A model generated the notes under the pieces. That model was not told the DNA's origin. It did not search any database and saw only the letters and a program-made list of their open reading frames with translations. A stretch of 64,000 nt of DNA, from positions 169,309-233,308 of the forward strand of contig CAVHQU010000001.1 in the NCBI GenBank assembly GCA_963638555.1. The letters are read 5' to 3'. Shown one piece after another: positions 55,289 through 64,000 of this stretch. The translations under genes were made by a program, and so were the position numbers. How positions within the stretch are numbered: position 1 is the stretch's first letter; each line of letters starts with the position of its first letter. The stretch is from a bacterium. Its GTDB lineage: Bacteria; Bacillota_I; Bacilli_A; RFN20; CAG-826.

Positions 55289-56836
55289 TTACCATGATTT
55301 TGCATCATCAATAACTTCTAAGCTTGGATCAACAGGTTCTTCTCTCATGACAGAGCGCATATATCTGTTAACTTGATCCCTAACGCCTTGTTTAGAAATG
55401 ACACGTGGGTCCATTAAATCGTGATCGACCCAAACGAGTTTGATACCATGTTCTCTAGCACGTTGTTCAAACATACCATGCATGCCATCGAGAGCTTTAC
55501 AAGAAATGTGTTCCCACAGAATAACCATATCGGCCTTGTAGTAATCGCAGAACTTCCAAAGATCATCAAGTAAGACTTCATAGCCACCATGGGTTCTGTT
55601 TCTCATAATCATCTCTTCATAAAGTTTAGCGATATCGTATATTGCTTGTTCAGGATCATCTTCTGAAATCTCGTCAAAGTAGCAGAGAGAAAGCATATCG
55701 ACTAATGGAACGATTCCCCAGCAGTTTTGAAGCCATGGGAGGAAGTCCGTATAGAATTGAGATTGAACGCCCCAGATGATTGCTCTATGACGCATCTCTT
55801 TGCAAACCATTGCTTTTCTCTTATAAGCTTTTTCAGCAAGCTTTGTAATCTTTCTATCAGCCTTAACGAAGTCATCGGAGCGACCGGCAACAGCCATGTA
55901 TGTTGTTTCAGAATATAAAGCTAAGTTAGCACCAAAGACTTGTGGGTAATCCGTTCTAGACATTTCCATCCAGGATTTACGAAGCCTTGTTTCTTCGTTG
56001 AAGCGTTTAGCACATTTGAAATAGTTATCCCAATTCCATTTTTCACCAGTTTTTTCTTCAATGAATTTGATAGCGTTTCTGATTTCTTGTGCAGCATATT
56101 CTTGAACGCCTTCTTCAGTATGTCTAAGAGGTGCAGCAATTTGGAAAGTAGGAACACCAAATTCTTCATATTTTTTACCCATGATGCCATTTCCCATCAA
56201 AGATCCATCACATGTTGTGTTACATTGAACGGCGCATGCGCCATAAATTGGCATATCTTCGTCAACTGCGCAGCCAGCTTCAGCGGCAGGCATTGGGCAA
56301 ACGTCGCCAGGAATACCCATTTCCTGAAGAACATCAAGATAGTGAGTGACAGCCATTGGATTTAATAAGACAGAGACATATACGGCTGCAGTTTCCCAAC
56401 TAACAGCATATAAGTTAGGGAAACCACACATGACGTGGAACATTTCGTTTTCATCAAGAACAACGCATTTCTTAGAGAATTTTTCATTATTTCCACATCT
56501 TTTATCTGCTTTGAATACTCTCGTTAAAAGTTGAGCAATATCTAGAGCAACCAAATCATATTCAGTATGAGCGATTCTAAGTGCTTCCTTTCTCAAACCC
56601 GTCGTATGTTTATCAATCATCATCGGGACAGCTAGATAGTTAAGCATCCATCTGTATCTAAAGAAACCTTTTAAATTATTTGGCTTAACGATGAATTTAG
56701 CCAACATCCACATGATTTTAAGCCAGCATCTGAAGTCATAGAAAGTGTCTACGAAGCCTCTCCACTCTCTTCTCTTTCTGACTTTTTTTCCGTTATAAAG
56801 CTTTCCTAAGGCTTCGGAACCTACTTTTGCTCCCAT
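55289..56836 (-). CDS. 2-hydroxyacyl-CoA dehydratase family (HGD-D) large subunit with N-terminal extension
   Basis: 515 aa with a Cys-rich segment (CPMPAAEAGCAVDEDMPIYGACAVQCNTTCDGS). Its start shares TAATG with the preceding subunit's stop. Confidence 0.75.
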   Translation of the reverse strand: MGAKVGSEALGKLYNGKKVRKRREWRGFVDTFYDFRCWLKIMWMLAKFIVKPNNLKGFFRYRWMLNYLAVPMMIDKHTTGLRKEALRIAHTEYDLVALDIAQLLTRVFKADKRCGNNEKFSKKCVVLDENEMFHVMCGFPNLYAVSWETAAVYVSVLLNPMAVTHYLDVLQEMGIPGDVCPMPAAEAGCAVDEDMPIYGACAVQCNTTCDGSLMGNGIMGKKYEEFGVPTFQIAAPLRHTEEGVQEYAAQEIRNAIKFIEEKTGEKWNWDNYFKCAKRFNEETRLRKSWMEMSRTDYPQVFGANLALYSETTYMAVAGRSDDFVKADRKITKLAEKAYKRKAMVCKEMRHRAIIWGVQSQFYTDFLPWLQNCWGIVPLVDMLSLCYFDEISEDDPEQAIYDIAKLYEEMIMRNRTHGGYEVLLDDLWKFCDYYKADMVILWEHISCKALDGMHGMFEQRAREHGIKLVWVDHDLMDPRVISKQGVRDQVNRYMRSVMREEPVDPSLEVIDDAKSW

Positions 56837-58026
56837 TATTTTTTGCCTCCTTGAATCTTCTTAATCTCAATGCTTTCAACGAAAGCTTGAACTCTGGTTC
56901 TAATTTGTCCAGATGAACCAACAGCATATGGTCTATCAATAGAGAGAACAGGGTAGTTGTAATCGTCTCTAAGCATATGGGTGCCAGTCATTCTTTCGTA
57001 TGCCCATGGGTCACAGAATTTCATTTGCTCATAAATAATTCCATCGGCATGGTAATCTTTAGCAATTTGATTAACATATTCTTTTCTTTGTCTGAATTTT
57101 GGAAGATTCATATGGCGTGGGCACATGCATGAATGCATGTATTGGGCACATATTTGGGTTAGTACATCTTCATTGTCGTTAAGGATGATTTCTTGTCTTC
57201 CTGGAAGAGAACCGAAACAATATCTGTCAGCAACAACAAGGGCGCCAGATTCTTCAATGAGTTTAATCATATCGACATCATCAACTTCTGATCCGACGAC
57301 AGCAACCTTTGCACGGTATTTCTTTTTTGCATCTGGAACGCGTGTTTTTACTTCTTCAAGAGTCTCCTCAAGTTTATCGATTAATAAGTAATGAGGGCAG
57401 ACGTATGTGCACATGGTGATGATATGGAACTCATATCCAGTGATACGTGGGTTCTCTTCTTTTCTAAATTCACCTAGTTCGGTTATGATGCGGCAAATCT
57501 TGTTATGCTCCTTAACTGCTTCTCTTAAAGCATCATCAGAAACGTCTATTCCAAAATGTTCATGCAAAGAGTTTAAAATCTTCTTGCGGCATTCAGAAAC
57601 GTATAAGTTCAAGCCGTTATCATCGTCCTTCATAGGAACTTCTAGATATTCGTAGAAGAAATTATCTGCTGGCATTGTTTTGAGTAATTCCATGTTTTCA
57701 ACACAGCGATTGATCATTGAACAGCCATCAGGCGTAAAAAGGCAATCAAGATATTGATATCCGCCTTCGATAGCTCTTTCTAATAACGCTCTCGTATATT
57801 CACATAAAAAGGAGGTCATATAGTATGTCCCCATCTCAAGAGAGCCGGTACGTGGAGCTCTTAAACGTGAGGAGAAGCATCCTTTGAGGTTAAGAAGAAC
57901 TTCAGGAATTTGCGAGCATGTCGTGCCAAGGCACTTAAGCCCTTCTTCTTTTGCTTGTCTTACTAGATCATTATTCGCGTTATCTAGTAATTGCTCGAAA
58001 TAATACAAATGTTTTAAATCTTTCAT
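56836..58026 (-). CDS. 2-hydroxyacyl-CoA dehydratase family (HGD-D) subunit
   Basis: 396 aa. Family-typical Cys positions (CLGTTCSQIPE; DGCSMINRC; MKFCDPWAYE). Confidence 0.75.
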   Translation of the reverse strand: MKDLKHLYYFEQLLDNANNDLVRQAKEEGLKCLGTTCSQIPEVLLNLKGCFSSRLRAPRTGSLEMGTYYMTSFLCEYTRALLERAIEGGYQYLDCLFTPDGCSMINRCVENMELLKTMPADNFFYEYLEVPMKDDDNGLNLYVSECRKKILNSLHEHFGIDVSDDALREAVKEHNKICRIITELGEFRKEENPRITGYEFHIITMCTYVCPHYLLIDKLEETLEEVKTRVPDAKKKYRAKVAVVGSEVDDVDMIKLIEESGALVVADRYCFGSLPGRQEIILNDNEDVLTQICAQYMHSCMCPRHMNLPKFRQRKEYVNQIAKDYHADGIIYEQMKFCDPWAYERMTGTHMLRDDYNYPVLSIDRPYAVGSSGQIRTRVQAFVESIEIKKIQGGKK

Positions 58027-58036
58027 TTTGACCTCC

Positions 58037-58804
58037 TTATAATATTCCTAATTTTTCTAATGCAATTTTTGTGTTCTTAACGATATTTGAATCTTCGTTA
58101 AGAGAGAATACTGAATTGCCCTCAACATCCGAGAGCATCATTTCTTTGTCATCTGGAATTACGCTCAATAAGTTTAACGATTCGAGATTAAGTTTATTGA
58201 TATCTACTGTTTCGCTAACACGATTAAGAATCAATCCATCAGTTTCGTACATGACTAATTCTTTAGCAACCTTCTTTATCGTTTTTGTTACTTCAATGCC
58301 TTTCTTAGACGCATCGGAAACAAGAACTAGATGGGTGACCTTCTCCATTACTCTGCGATTAACTTGCTCAATACCCGCTTCACCATCAATAACCACATAA
58401 TCAAAATTATTGGCAAGAAGGCTTATTACTTCTTTGAGATAAGCGTTAACCTTGCAATAACATCCACTCGCTTCAGGACGACCTATAGCGAGGAAGGAGA
58501 TATTGTCTATTTCAACTAAAGCATCAAAGATTTGGTATTTTGCTTCGGAGAGAATTTCCAGAGCTGCTTTTGAGTCTCCATTCTCCGCATGTTCAATGAA
58601 TAACTTTCTTATATCATCTACCGTTGAAGATGAATTAACGCCTAACGCTGTCGCTAATCCAATGGCAGGATCAGCATCAATGGCTAAAATTTTCTTATCT
58701 GGATATTTTTCATGGAGCAATCTAACAGACAAGGCAGAAATTGAAGTCTTACCGACTCCACCTTTTCCACAAAAGGCTAATATAACTGGCTTACTCATAA
58801 TCAT
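58037..58804 (-). CDS. CooC/AcsF-like MinD-superfamily nickel-insertion ATPase
   Basis: Deviant Walker A CGKGGVGKTS, AIDADP and the Cys-x-Cys motif (SGCYCKVN) characteristic of CooC. The start could instead be ATG 58798. Confidence 0.7.
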   Translation of the reverse strand: MIMSKPVILAFCGKGGVGKTSISALSVRLLHEKYPDKKILAIDADPAIGLATALGVNSSSTVDDIRKLFIEHAENGDSKAALEILSEAKYQIFDALVEIDNISFLAIGRPEASGCYCKVNAYLKEVISLLANNFDYVVIDGEAGIEQVNRRVMEKVTHLVLVSDASKKGIEVTKTIKKVAKELVMYETDGLILNRVSETVDINKLNLESLNLLSVIPDDKEMMLSDVEGNSVFSLNEDSNIVKNTKIALEKLGIL

Positions 58805-58995
58805 TTCTCATCTACATGGACAATAACGTATCCATCCACGAGGTTAGCTTTGGAGAGAATACCTTTTATTTCCACCTTTCTTTCCATCAAATCGGTGAAG
58901 ATTAATGAGTTTTGCTTCATTTCAATACTCATAACATTCTTCATCAAGATGTTTTTATCATCTATTTTGTCTTTATAAATCGTTGATAAACACAT
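58801..58995 (-). CDS. CooT-family small nickel-binding protein
   Basis: 64 aa starting Met-Cys (MCLSTIY...). Beta-rich, with the size and pattern of CooT. Its stop overlaps the CooC-like start (ATGA). Confidence 0.6.
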   Translation of the reverse strand: MCLSTIYKDKIDDKNILMKNVMSIEMKQNSLIFTDLMERKVEIKGILSKANLVDGYVIVHVDEK

Positions 58996-59005
58996 ATATG
59001 GTTCC

Positions 59006-59212
59006 TTATTTCTTTAATTCTTTCAAAGCCAATGAAAGAGATTTGTTGCCTTCCTCGAAAGAATTAATCGCATCTTCAACTTCTGCGTAAGCATCAGAAT
59101 TAACATCTTTTAAAGAATTGGCCAAATCTTGCAATTCTTCATTGTGATGTTCATTATGATTAATCATGTAATTAATGAGAGCAATGAGTTCTTCTTTATT
59201 GTTCGTTTCCAT
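59006..59212 (-). CDS. His-rich helical small protein (putative metal-binding)
   Basis: 68 aa: LINYMINHNEHHNEELQDLANSL...AINSFEEGNKSL. Resembles small metal-associated helical proteins of Firmicutes (from memory). Confidence 0.45.
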   Translation of the reverse strand: METNNKEELIALINYMINHNEHHNEELQDLANSLKDVNSDAYAEVEDAINSFEEGNKSLSLALKELKK

Positions 59213-59418
59213 AAAAATGACTCCAGGAATATATCATTATCATTTTATCGATAACTTTTTATCGAAATATACTTTATCACTTTCTGCCTTGCTTTATCAA
59301 GAAAATATCGAACTTTTTTGCGAAATTAGTACAGTTTAAAATGTTTGTTATTGCTAACCTTTTAAAAGGGGTAACCAGATCGCTAATAAATAAGTAAAAT
59401 ACTCAGGAGGTTTATTTT

Positions 59419-61194
59419 ATGAAAAAATGTTTAGGAATATTATTGTCAGGATTGTTTGTCCTTGGAGCGGTTTCTTGTTCAAATGAAACATCATCAAGCA
59501 GTCTTTCAAGTGAAGAATTGAGTCAAAAGAGCGTGAGCGTGTATCTAAATTCGCTTGATAAAACAGCTTCTGTAAATCTTCATTTCTATGATAAGGATGA
59601 ACAAATTCCATATATTGAGATGGATGATGCATTCAGGATCCGTAAAGCGTTATTTGATTCAGGAACAACTTATGAAACGCCAAATAAATCAACATACGAA
59701 ATAGCTAGAGACGGATCTCAATATACCGTCACGATTAACAAACGTGGAACGGCTACATTCGATATTGAAAATCAAACTCTAACAATTCCAAACTTGGGTT
59801 TAGTCCAAGCGTACTCATATAACGACACTCCATATGATATTTTATGCATGGATTCATCCTCTTCTTCGATTCATTATGTAACTCATCAGAAAAATGGCGA
59901 CAGTCTTAGAGCCTATGCATATATGGGCAATGAAATGGTTATTTCCCTTAAAGAATACAGCATACCTGTATATGAAAAAGATAATAAAGCGTATATTCCA
60001 TTAGATCTCTTCAACAACTTCTTTTTAAGCTATACGTATAACAATTTCGTCTATAACGGAGATGCTATATTTACATTCACCGGTCTTGATAATCCATCTG
60101 AAGAATATTTAAATAATTTCTATTTTTGTTCAAATGCTAAAAAGAAAAGAAGCAAAGAATTAGCTGAGTTCTCATACAATTCATTAATGCTCAACCTTAA
60201 TTACCAATACGGACTAAAAGAAAGACATTCATTTGGCGATTTTAGAAAAGAATTTAAAGATTTAGGATTAGAGGATTCTTTAAAATCCACAGACGAAAAA
60301 GAATACATGTCTGGCATATTTAAGTTTATTTACAACGCATTTGGCGATGGCCATTGTTCATTTCAAAGAAGAAGTCCATACTCTACAGCAAACATTTACG
60401 ATGAAGTAAGAGCATCAGCTAAGTCTTACGTCAATATTGGTTATGTTGAATTGATAAAATCATTAACTGAAAATGGAACATTCCGTTCTTCTGCCGCTGA
60501 AACAAATCCAGATTATGGAAAATGCTATTACGAAGACGGAGATACAGCCTATGTTAGATTTGATAAATTTTCTATGTTAAGCGAAATTCCAGATTATTAT
60601 CAAAACGCACCGACAGGTGATGAAACAGATCTATTTGGTGTAATTATATATGCAAATAAAAAGATTAAAGAAAACTCTGCAATTAAAAATGTTGTAGTTG
60701 ATATGGCCACAAACAGAGGTGGAGAAGAACCTTCATTAATATTTGCTCTCGGATGGTTATTAGGCAATGATGCAAGAGTTTCTCTTAAAAATCCTGTTAC
60801 TAACTGCGCATCAACCATTTATTACAATGCTGATGTAAATCTTGACGGGAAATATGATGTCACGAACGATACTCTTGAAGGATATAACAAATTCATTCTT
60901 ACATCTCATTCATCCTTCTCCTGTGGTAACGCATTCCCTTGTTTTGCAAAAGCTAGTGAAAAAGTAAAAATCATTGGTCAAACATCTGGCGGAGGAGCGT
61001 GTCAAGTTTTCCCTCTTGTGACAACGGATGGCACAGTAATCAATATTTCAGGCGGTGGAGTCCTATGTACAGAAAAGAACTCTCATTACGAGGACATTGA
61101 TGATGGCGCCACACCTGACTTCACTATAACCGAAACAGCGAACATATTTGATCGCGCATACACAACAAAGGTCGTTCATTCATTAGTTCTTTAA
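59419..61194 (+). CDS. Lipoprotein with S41 peptidase-like domain (paralog of 10666-12447)
   Basis: Lipobox LGAVSC. Contains FGDGHCS, VVVDMATNRGGEEPSL and IGQTSGGGACQ. SD caggagg. Confidence 0.6.
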   Translation: MKKCLGILLSGLFVLGAVSCSNETSSSSLSSEELSQKSVSVYLNSLDKTASVNLHFYDKDEQIPYIEMDDAFRIRKALFDSGTTYETPNKSTYEIARDGSQYTVTINKRGTATFDIENQTLTIPNLGLVQAYSYNDTPYDILCMDSSSSSIHYVTHQKNGDSLRAYAYMGNEMVISLKEYSIPVYEKDNKAYIPLDLFNNFFLSYTYNNFVYNGDAIFTFTGLDNPSEEYLNNFYFCSNAKKKRSKELAEFSYNSLMLNLNYQYGLKERHSFGDFRKEFKDLGLEDSLKSTDEKEYMSGIFKFIYNAFGDGHCSFQRRSPYSTANIYDEVRASAKSYVNIGYVELIKSLTENGTFRSSAAETNPDYGKCYYEDGDTAYVRFDKFSMLSEIPDYYQNAPTGDETDLFGVIIYANKKIKENSAIKNVVVDMATNRGGEEPSLIFALGWLLGNDARVSLKNPVTNCASTIYYNADVNLDGKYDVTNDTLEGYNKFILTSHSSFSCGNAFPCFAKASEKVKIIGQTSGGGACQVFPLVTTDGTVINISGGGVLCTEKNSHYEDIDDGATPDFTITETANIFDRAYTTKVVHSLVL

Positions 61195-61198
61195 AATA

Positions 61199-61228
61199 AA
61201 AGGTTCCCAGCACTTACCGGGAACCTTT
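61199..61228. terminator. Bidirectional terminator between convergent genes
   Basis: 10-bp stem aaaggttccc/gggaaccttt with a 10-nt loop, flanked by A/T runs. Confidence 0.65.
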
Positions 61229-61246
61229 TTGATAAGGAAATCGAGT

Positions 61247-61735
61247 TTATTCGAGGAGTCCTTTAATTGTTGTGCCTTTATAGGCAAATGTATACGAAGT
61301 TGAACTTGAAAAATCAACTGTGAATGCGACTAAAACATTTGGATGAGTTATAACTGTCGCATTTTCATCTATTGCATCAATTGTTGTTGTATCTGATCTC
61401 TTAGTTATATAAACCTTTTTGCCTTCAGTTCCAGCAGTGAATTGCCATCCATCAACAATTCCGTACGATGATGTTGTTTTGCCATCAATGGTAACCGTGA
61501 AATCATCTTTAGAAACTGTAACAGCTTTGCCAGTTCTATTTGCGACGCTAAATGTAGTTACGTAAATTGGTGTACTATCAGTTTCGCTAGCATTCATTTT
61601 TTGACAAAATTCACTAGATGTTGAATCGCTCTTTGAGAAAACTATATTTCCTGAATTTCCACCCATGCCATTACAGGAGGCTAACATTATCGGTAATCCA
61701 AGTAATCCGATCATCATTTTGATTGTTTTTTTCAT
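61247..61735 (-). CDS. Small lipoprotein
   Basis: MKKTIKMMIGLLGLPIMLASC lipobox. 162 aa, beta-rich. Confidence 0.65.
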   Translation of the reverse strand: MKKTIKMMIGLLGLPIMLASCNGMGGNSGNIVFSKSDSTSSEFCQKMNASETDSTPIYVTTFSVANRTGKAVTVSKDDFTVTIDGKTTSSYGIVDGWQFTAGTEGKKVYITKRSDTTTIDAIDENATVITHPNVLVAFTVDFSSSTSYTFAYKGTTIKGLLE

Positions 61736-61962
61736 AATTCTTTTTCCTTATCTGAGAAGGTCTTTCCTTCTCGCATGGTTACATTATACACTATTCTGTA
61801 TCTTTGACAATAATTTTATGTAACATTTTATATTTTTTGTTATTTTTTTCTATAAATTAATTAACAAATGCATATAGAAACAAGGAATAATGTAAGAAAT
61901 AATTGCCTTCGTTTATAAAATAAACATTGAAAGTTTTTTAAATTTACGCATTATATCTAGGT

Positions 61963-63330
61963 ATGAAAAAATCTAATCTTATTTTATTAACATTACTTAG
62001 CACCACATTATTCTCATGCGGAGGAAACGATTCGTTAGATTCCACTGAATCCTCGTCAGCACAAGATGAAATCGTTGATGTTCTTCCTGATGGATATACA
62101 AATTCCGTCAAGGATTATTTGAAGGCATTAAAGAGCATCCACAACTACACAATCTCTGAAACGGTTTCTTCCACTGCAGCTACGTATGAAAACTATATTG
62201 TCGCCAAATATGATACAAAATCCTACTACTATGATTTCGGTTCAAATTCCTATGGATATATTCAATCCGACGATGGCGTGTATGCAGTTAACATCAAAAA
62301 TGACTCTTTAATTGGCGGAGAAATTTATCATGATGATGAAGGGAACGCTTATAAAGATTTATGGGGTCATGATTTCTTCAAAAGCTTTGCTTCATTAGAT
62401 GAGGAACAATTAGAAACAATTCCCGATGGAACAGTTGACGTATCTCTCAAAGGAAAGAAAAACAAACTAGCAATTCTTTCTATATTAGGGCTTGATTCGT
62501 CTTATTATGCAGGCATCGCATCAATGAAAGCGTCAATAAGTTCCAGCAACGCTTTAGGAATTAGCATCGAGATTGAAGATTCATCTGGTGCCACAATCAC
62601 AGTCGATTCAGTCGTATATGCTTTATTAACCACCAAAAACACGGAAATAGATGAATTCCTTGCCAATGGTGGAACATATTACGTTATCGACTCAGATTTC
62701 GCAAAAGCAAGAACTCTTATGAAGGGTAATAACTATACGCATAACTATTACTACAATAAGAAAATCGTTGGTGTTGAATATTTCAACGAGAACTACTACT
62801 TCGTCAACTGGGATTCATCCTATGTTGCTGAAACAGGCCAAATATTAGTTAATCAAGGCCTTATTGGCATCGATCATAAAAAAGATAGCAATGGCAATGC
62901 CTTAAATGGCGCATATCTTGTCACATTGAATAATGGTCAATTTAGCATAAGCCTCTCTTTCTATTACAATGAAGATCCAAACATTCCTACCGTATATCAT
63001 TACCCATCACTTATGTATATGTGGGACAATCCTGAATTCTTTGAAATGGATGAAACCCCATCAGATTTAGACGCATACTTCACAACCGATGACACCATCA
63101 TGATGAATAACTTCATTGAAAACTTCTCAATGTCTAGTCAAGTTGCTGACGTTAATGTCAGATCTCTCTCCATTGGTTGGAAAGATATTGAAGATGATTC
63201 AAACACCTCAAGAATTGTTCGTTTCTGCCTCTCGACAAGTGGAGGAGACGTCACTTATGATTTCTGCAATTTTGGAACGACAAATATCCCTGCATTCGAT
63301 TCGTTCTTAGCAGGTTTATCAGACCAATAA
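61963..63330 (+). CDS. Lipoprotein
   Basis: MKKSNLILLTLLSTTLFSC lipobox followed by a short Ser-rich linker. 455 aa. Confidence 0.65.
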   Translation: MKKSNLILLTLLSTTLFSCGGNDSLDSTESSSAQDEIVDVLPDGYTNSVKDYLKALKSIHNYTISETVSSTAATYENYIVAKYDTKSYYYDFGSNSYGYIQSDDGVYAVNIKNDSLIGGEIYHDDEGNAYKDLWGHDFFKSFASLDEEQLETIPDGTVDVSLKGKKNKLAILSILGLDSSYYAGIASMKASISSSNALGISIEIEDSSGATITVDSVVYALLTTKNTEIDEFLANGGTYYVIDSDFAKARTLMKGNNYTHNYYYNKKIVGVEYFNENYYFVNWDSSYVAETGQILVNQGLIGIDHKKDSNGNALNGAYLVTLNNGQFSISLSFYYNEDPNIPTVYHYPSLMYMWDNPEFFEMDETPSDLDAYFTTDDTIMMNNFIENFSMSSQVADVNVRSLSIGWKDIEDDSNTSRIVRFCLSTSGGDVTYDFCNFGTTNIPAFDSFLAGLSDQ

Positions 63331-63351
63331 AAACATTCAAAAATCATCGAA

Positions 63352-63379
63352 AGAGCGTACACGCATACGCTCTTTTTTA
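63352..63379 (+). terminator. Rho-independent terminator
   Basis: Stem agagcgta/tacgctct with loop cacgca, followed by tttttt. Confidence 0.65.
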
Positions 63380-63389
63380 TTTTTCAAAC

Positions 63390-63415
63390 AAAAAAGGCTA
63401 GGAATAAACCTAGCC
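63390..63415 (-). terminator. Rho-independent terminator
   Basis: Stem ggctagg/cctagcc, with a T-run on the minus strand. Confidence 0.6.
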
Positions 63416-63435
63416 AATTTTAGATCGATTAATGA

Positions 63436-64000
63436 TTAAGCATCGAGAGTGAACCATTCGTATTCAACGACATCATCCTCTTCTTCAGGATAGCCAATTA
63501 AATAGTTGGTATCAGTTGTATCTTGTCCACTCCATGTTGTTTCGCAAGCATAGAGACCAAGCAAACCATAATCTTCTAATGTTGAACCACCAATTTCAAA
63601 GCTTGTTAATGAATCACTTGTTGAAGAGCCATTGCCCGCATCAGCAAGTTTGAAGACCATTGAACCGCTATCGCCAATGCCATAGTAATAATAGAAATTG
63701 TATGTTGTGGTTCCAGTTAAGGTTAATGAGCCTTTCTTATACATGGTTCCGCCAATTTCTTTGCCATCATCAGCAGTGAATTTCATTGTTGCAGCAACGA
63801 ATGAACCTTCCATATAACGTGGGTCGGAGCTATTAACTTCTTCAGAGTAGTCATGAGCAGTCCATGTTGTGCCTTCAATCGAAGATGGGAGCAAGGATTG
63901 AGTTCCCGCCTTGACGGTAAGCTTAATCTCGCTAGAAACGCTGCTATCACGGCTATCTGTAACAGTTATTGTTTCAGTTAAGTTAGTATCTGTTGTAAGG
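63436..64000 (-). CDS. 3' part of a surface protein gene (partial, continues beyond the window)
   Basis: The frame stays open upstream of the track's TTG 63894 to the window edge (..LTTDTNLTETITVTDSRDSS..). The C-terminal beta-rich module resembles the tails of the other lipoproteins. Confidence 0.55.
   Translation of the reverse strand, partial: LTTDTNLTETITVTDSRDSSVSSEIKLTVKAGTQSLLPSSIEGTTWTAHDYSEEVNSSDPRYMEGSFVAATMKFTADDGKEIGGTMYKKGSLTLTGTTTYNFYYYYGIGDSGSMVFKLADAGNGSSTSDSLTSFEIGGSTLEDYGLLGLYACETTWSGQDTTDTNYLIGYPEEEDDVVEYEWFTLDA

Noticed and set aside
53549-59212. Reading the CooC/CooT/ACS-like genes as part of a Wood-Ljungdahl or CODH locus
   Set aside because: The window has no cooS, no full-length acsB (the ACS-like ORF is 233 aa and lacks the C-G-C nickel site), and no corrinoid Fe-S protein, methyltransferase or cooF.

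Overview
AT-rich, gene-dense bacterial chromosome segment with genes on both strands. It reads cleanly with the standard code: TGA acts as a stop (for example at 34606-34608 and 47842-47844), so this is not a code-4 mycoplasma. Several features suggest a wall-less or Mollicutes-like anaerobic Firmicute (Acholeplasma/Anaeroplasma/Erysipelotrichia-like). At least eleven lipoproteins carry Ser-rich linkers. ClpB lacks its N-domain and sits behind a perfect CIRCE operator. Many genes have a -10 box 5-9 nt upstream of the ATG and no Shine-Dalgarno sequence. Housekeeping genes I recognise are fucO-like alcohol dehydrogenase, hypB, clpB, ROK glucokinase, glf, a Na/Pi cotransporter, a CDF transporter, Xaa-Pro aminopeptidase, ogt, guaA and a GH3 glycosidase. 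Two loci are candidates for undescribed systems. (1) 53.5-59.2 kb, minus strand: an eight-gene operon. It joins nickel-chaperone-like genes (His-rich protein, CooT-like, CooC-like) to a 2-hydroxyacyl-CoA-dehydratase-family heterodimer, its ATP-dependent activase, a 2-TM peptide and a truncated acetyl-CoA-synthase-like Cys protein. No CODH, ACS or hydrogenase gene is present in the window. (2) 32.5-36.7 kb, plus strand: a tandemly duplicated two-gene cassette. Each copy encodes a secreted PPC-domain protein with a C-terminal hydrophobic-hairpin domain plus a small 2-TM YcxB-like protein. The cassette sits behind a leaderless promoter whose start codon is out of frame with the first ORF because of an A7 tract. 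Other notable features: a LytTR two-component system with a 21-bp-spaced direct repeat in front of a lipoprotein/GH3 operon; a decayed accessory islet (45.7-48.3 kb) holding frameshifted toxin/antitoxin-like genes; three perfect 23-bp tandem repeats upstream of a DUF4143-type ATPase; and a TM-less FtsH-like protein. I found no rRNA, tRNA, CRISPR array, transposase or integrase. CDS coordinates follow the ORF track. Hand-counted motif coordinates may be off by 1-2 nt, and my count near 22260-22340 disagreed with the track by 1 nt.
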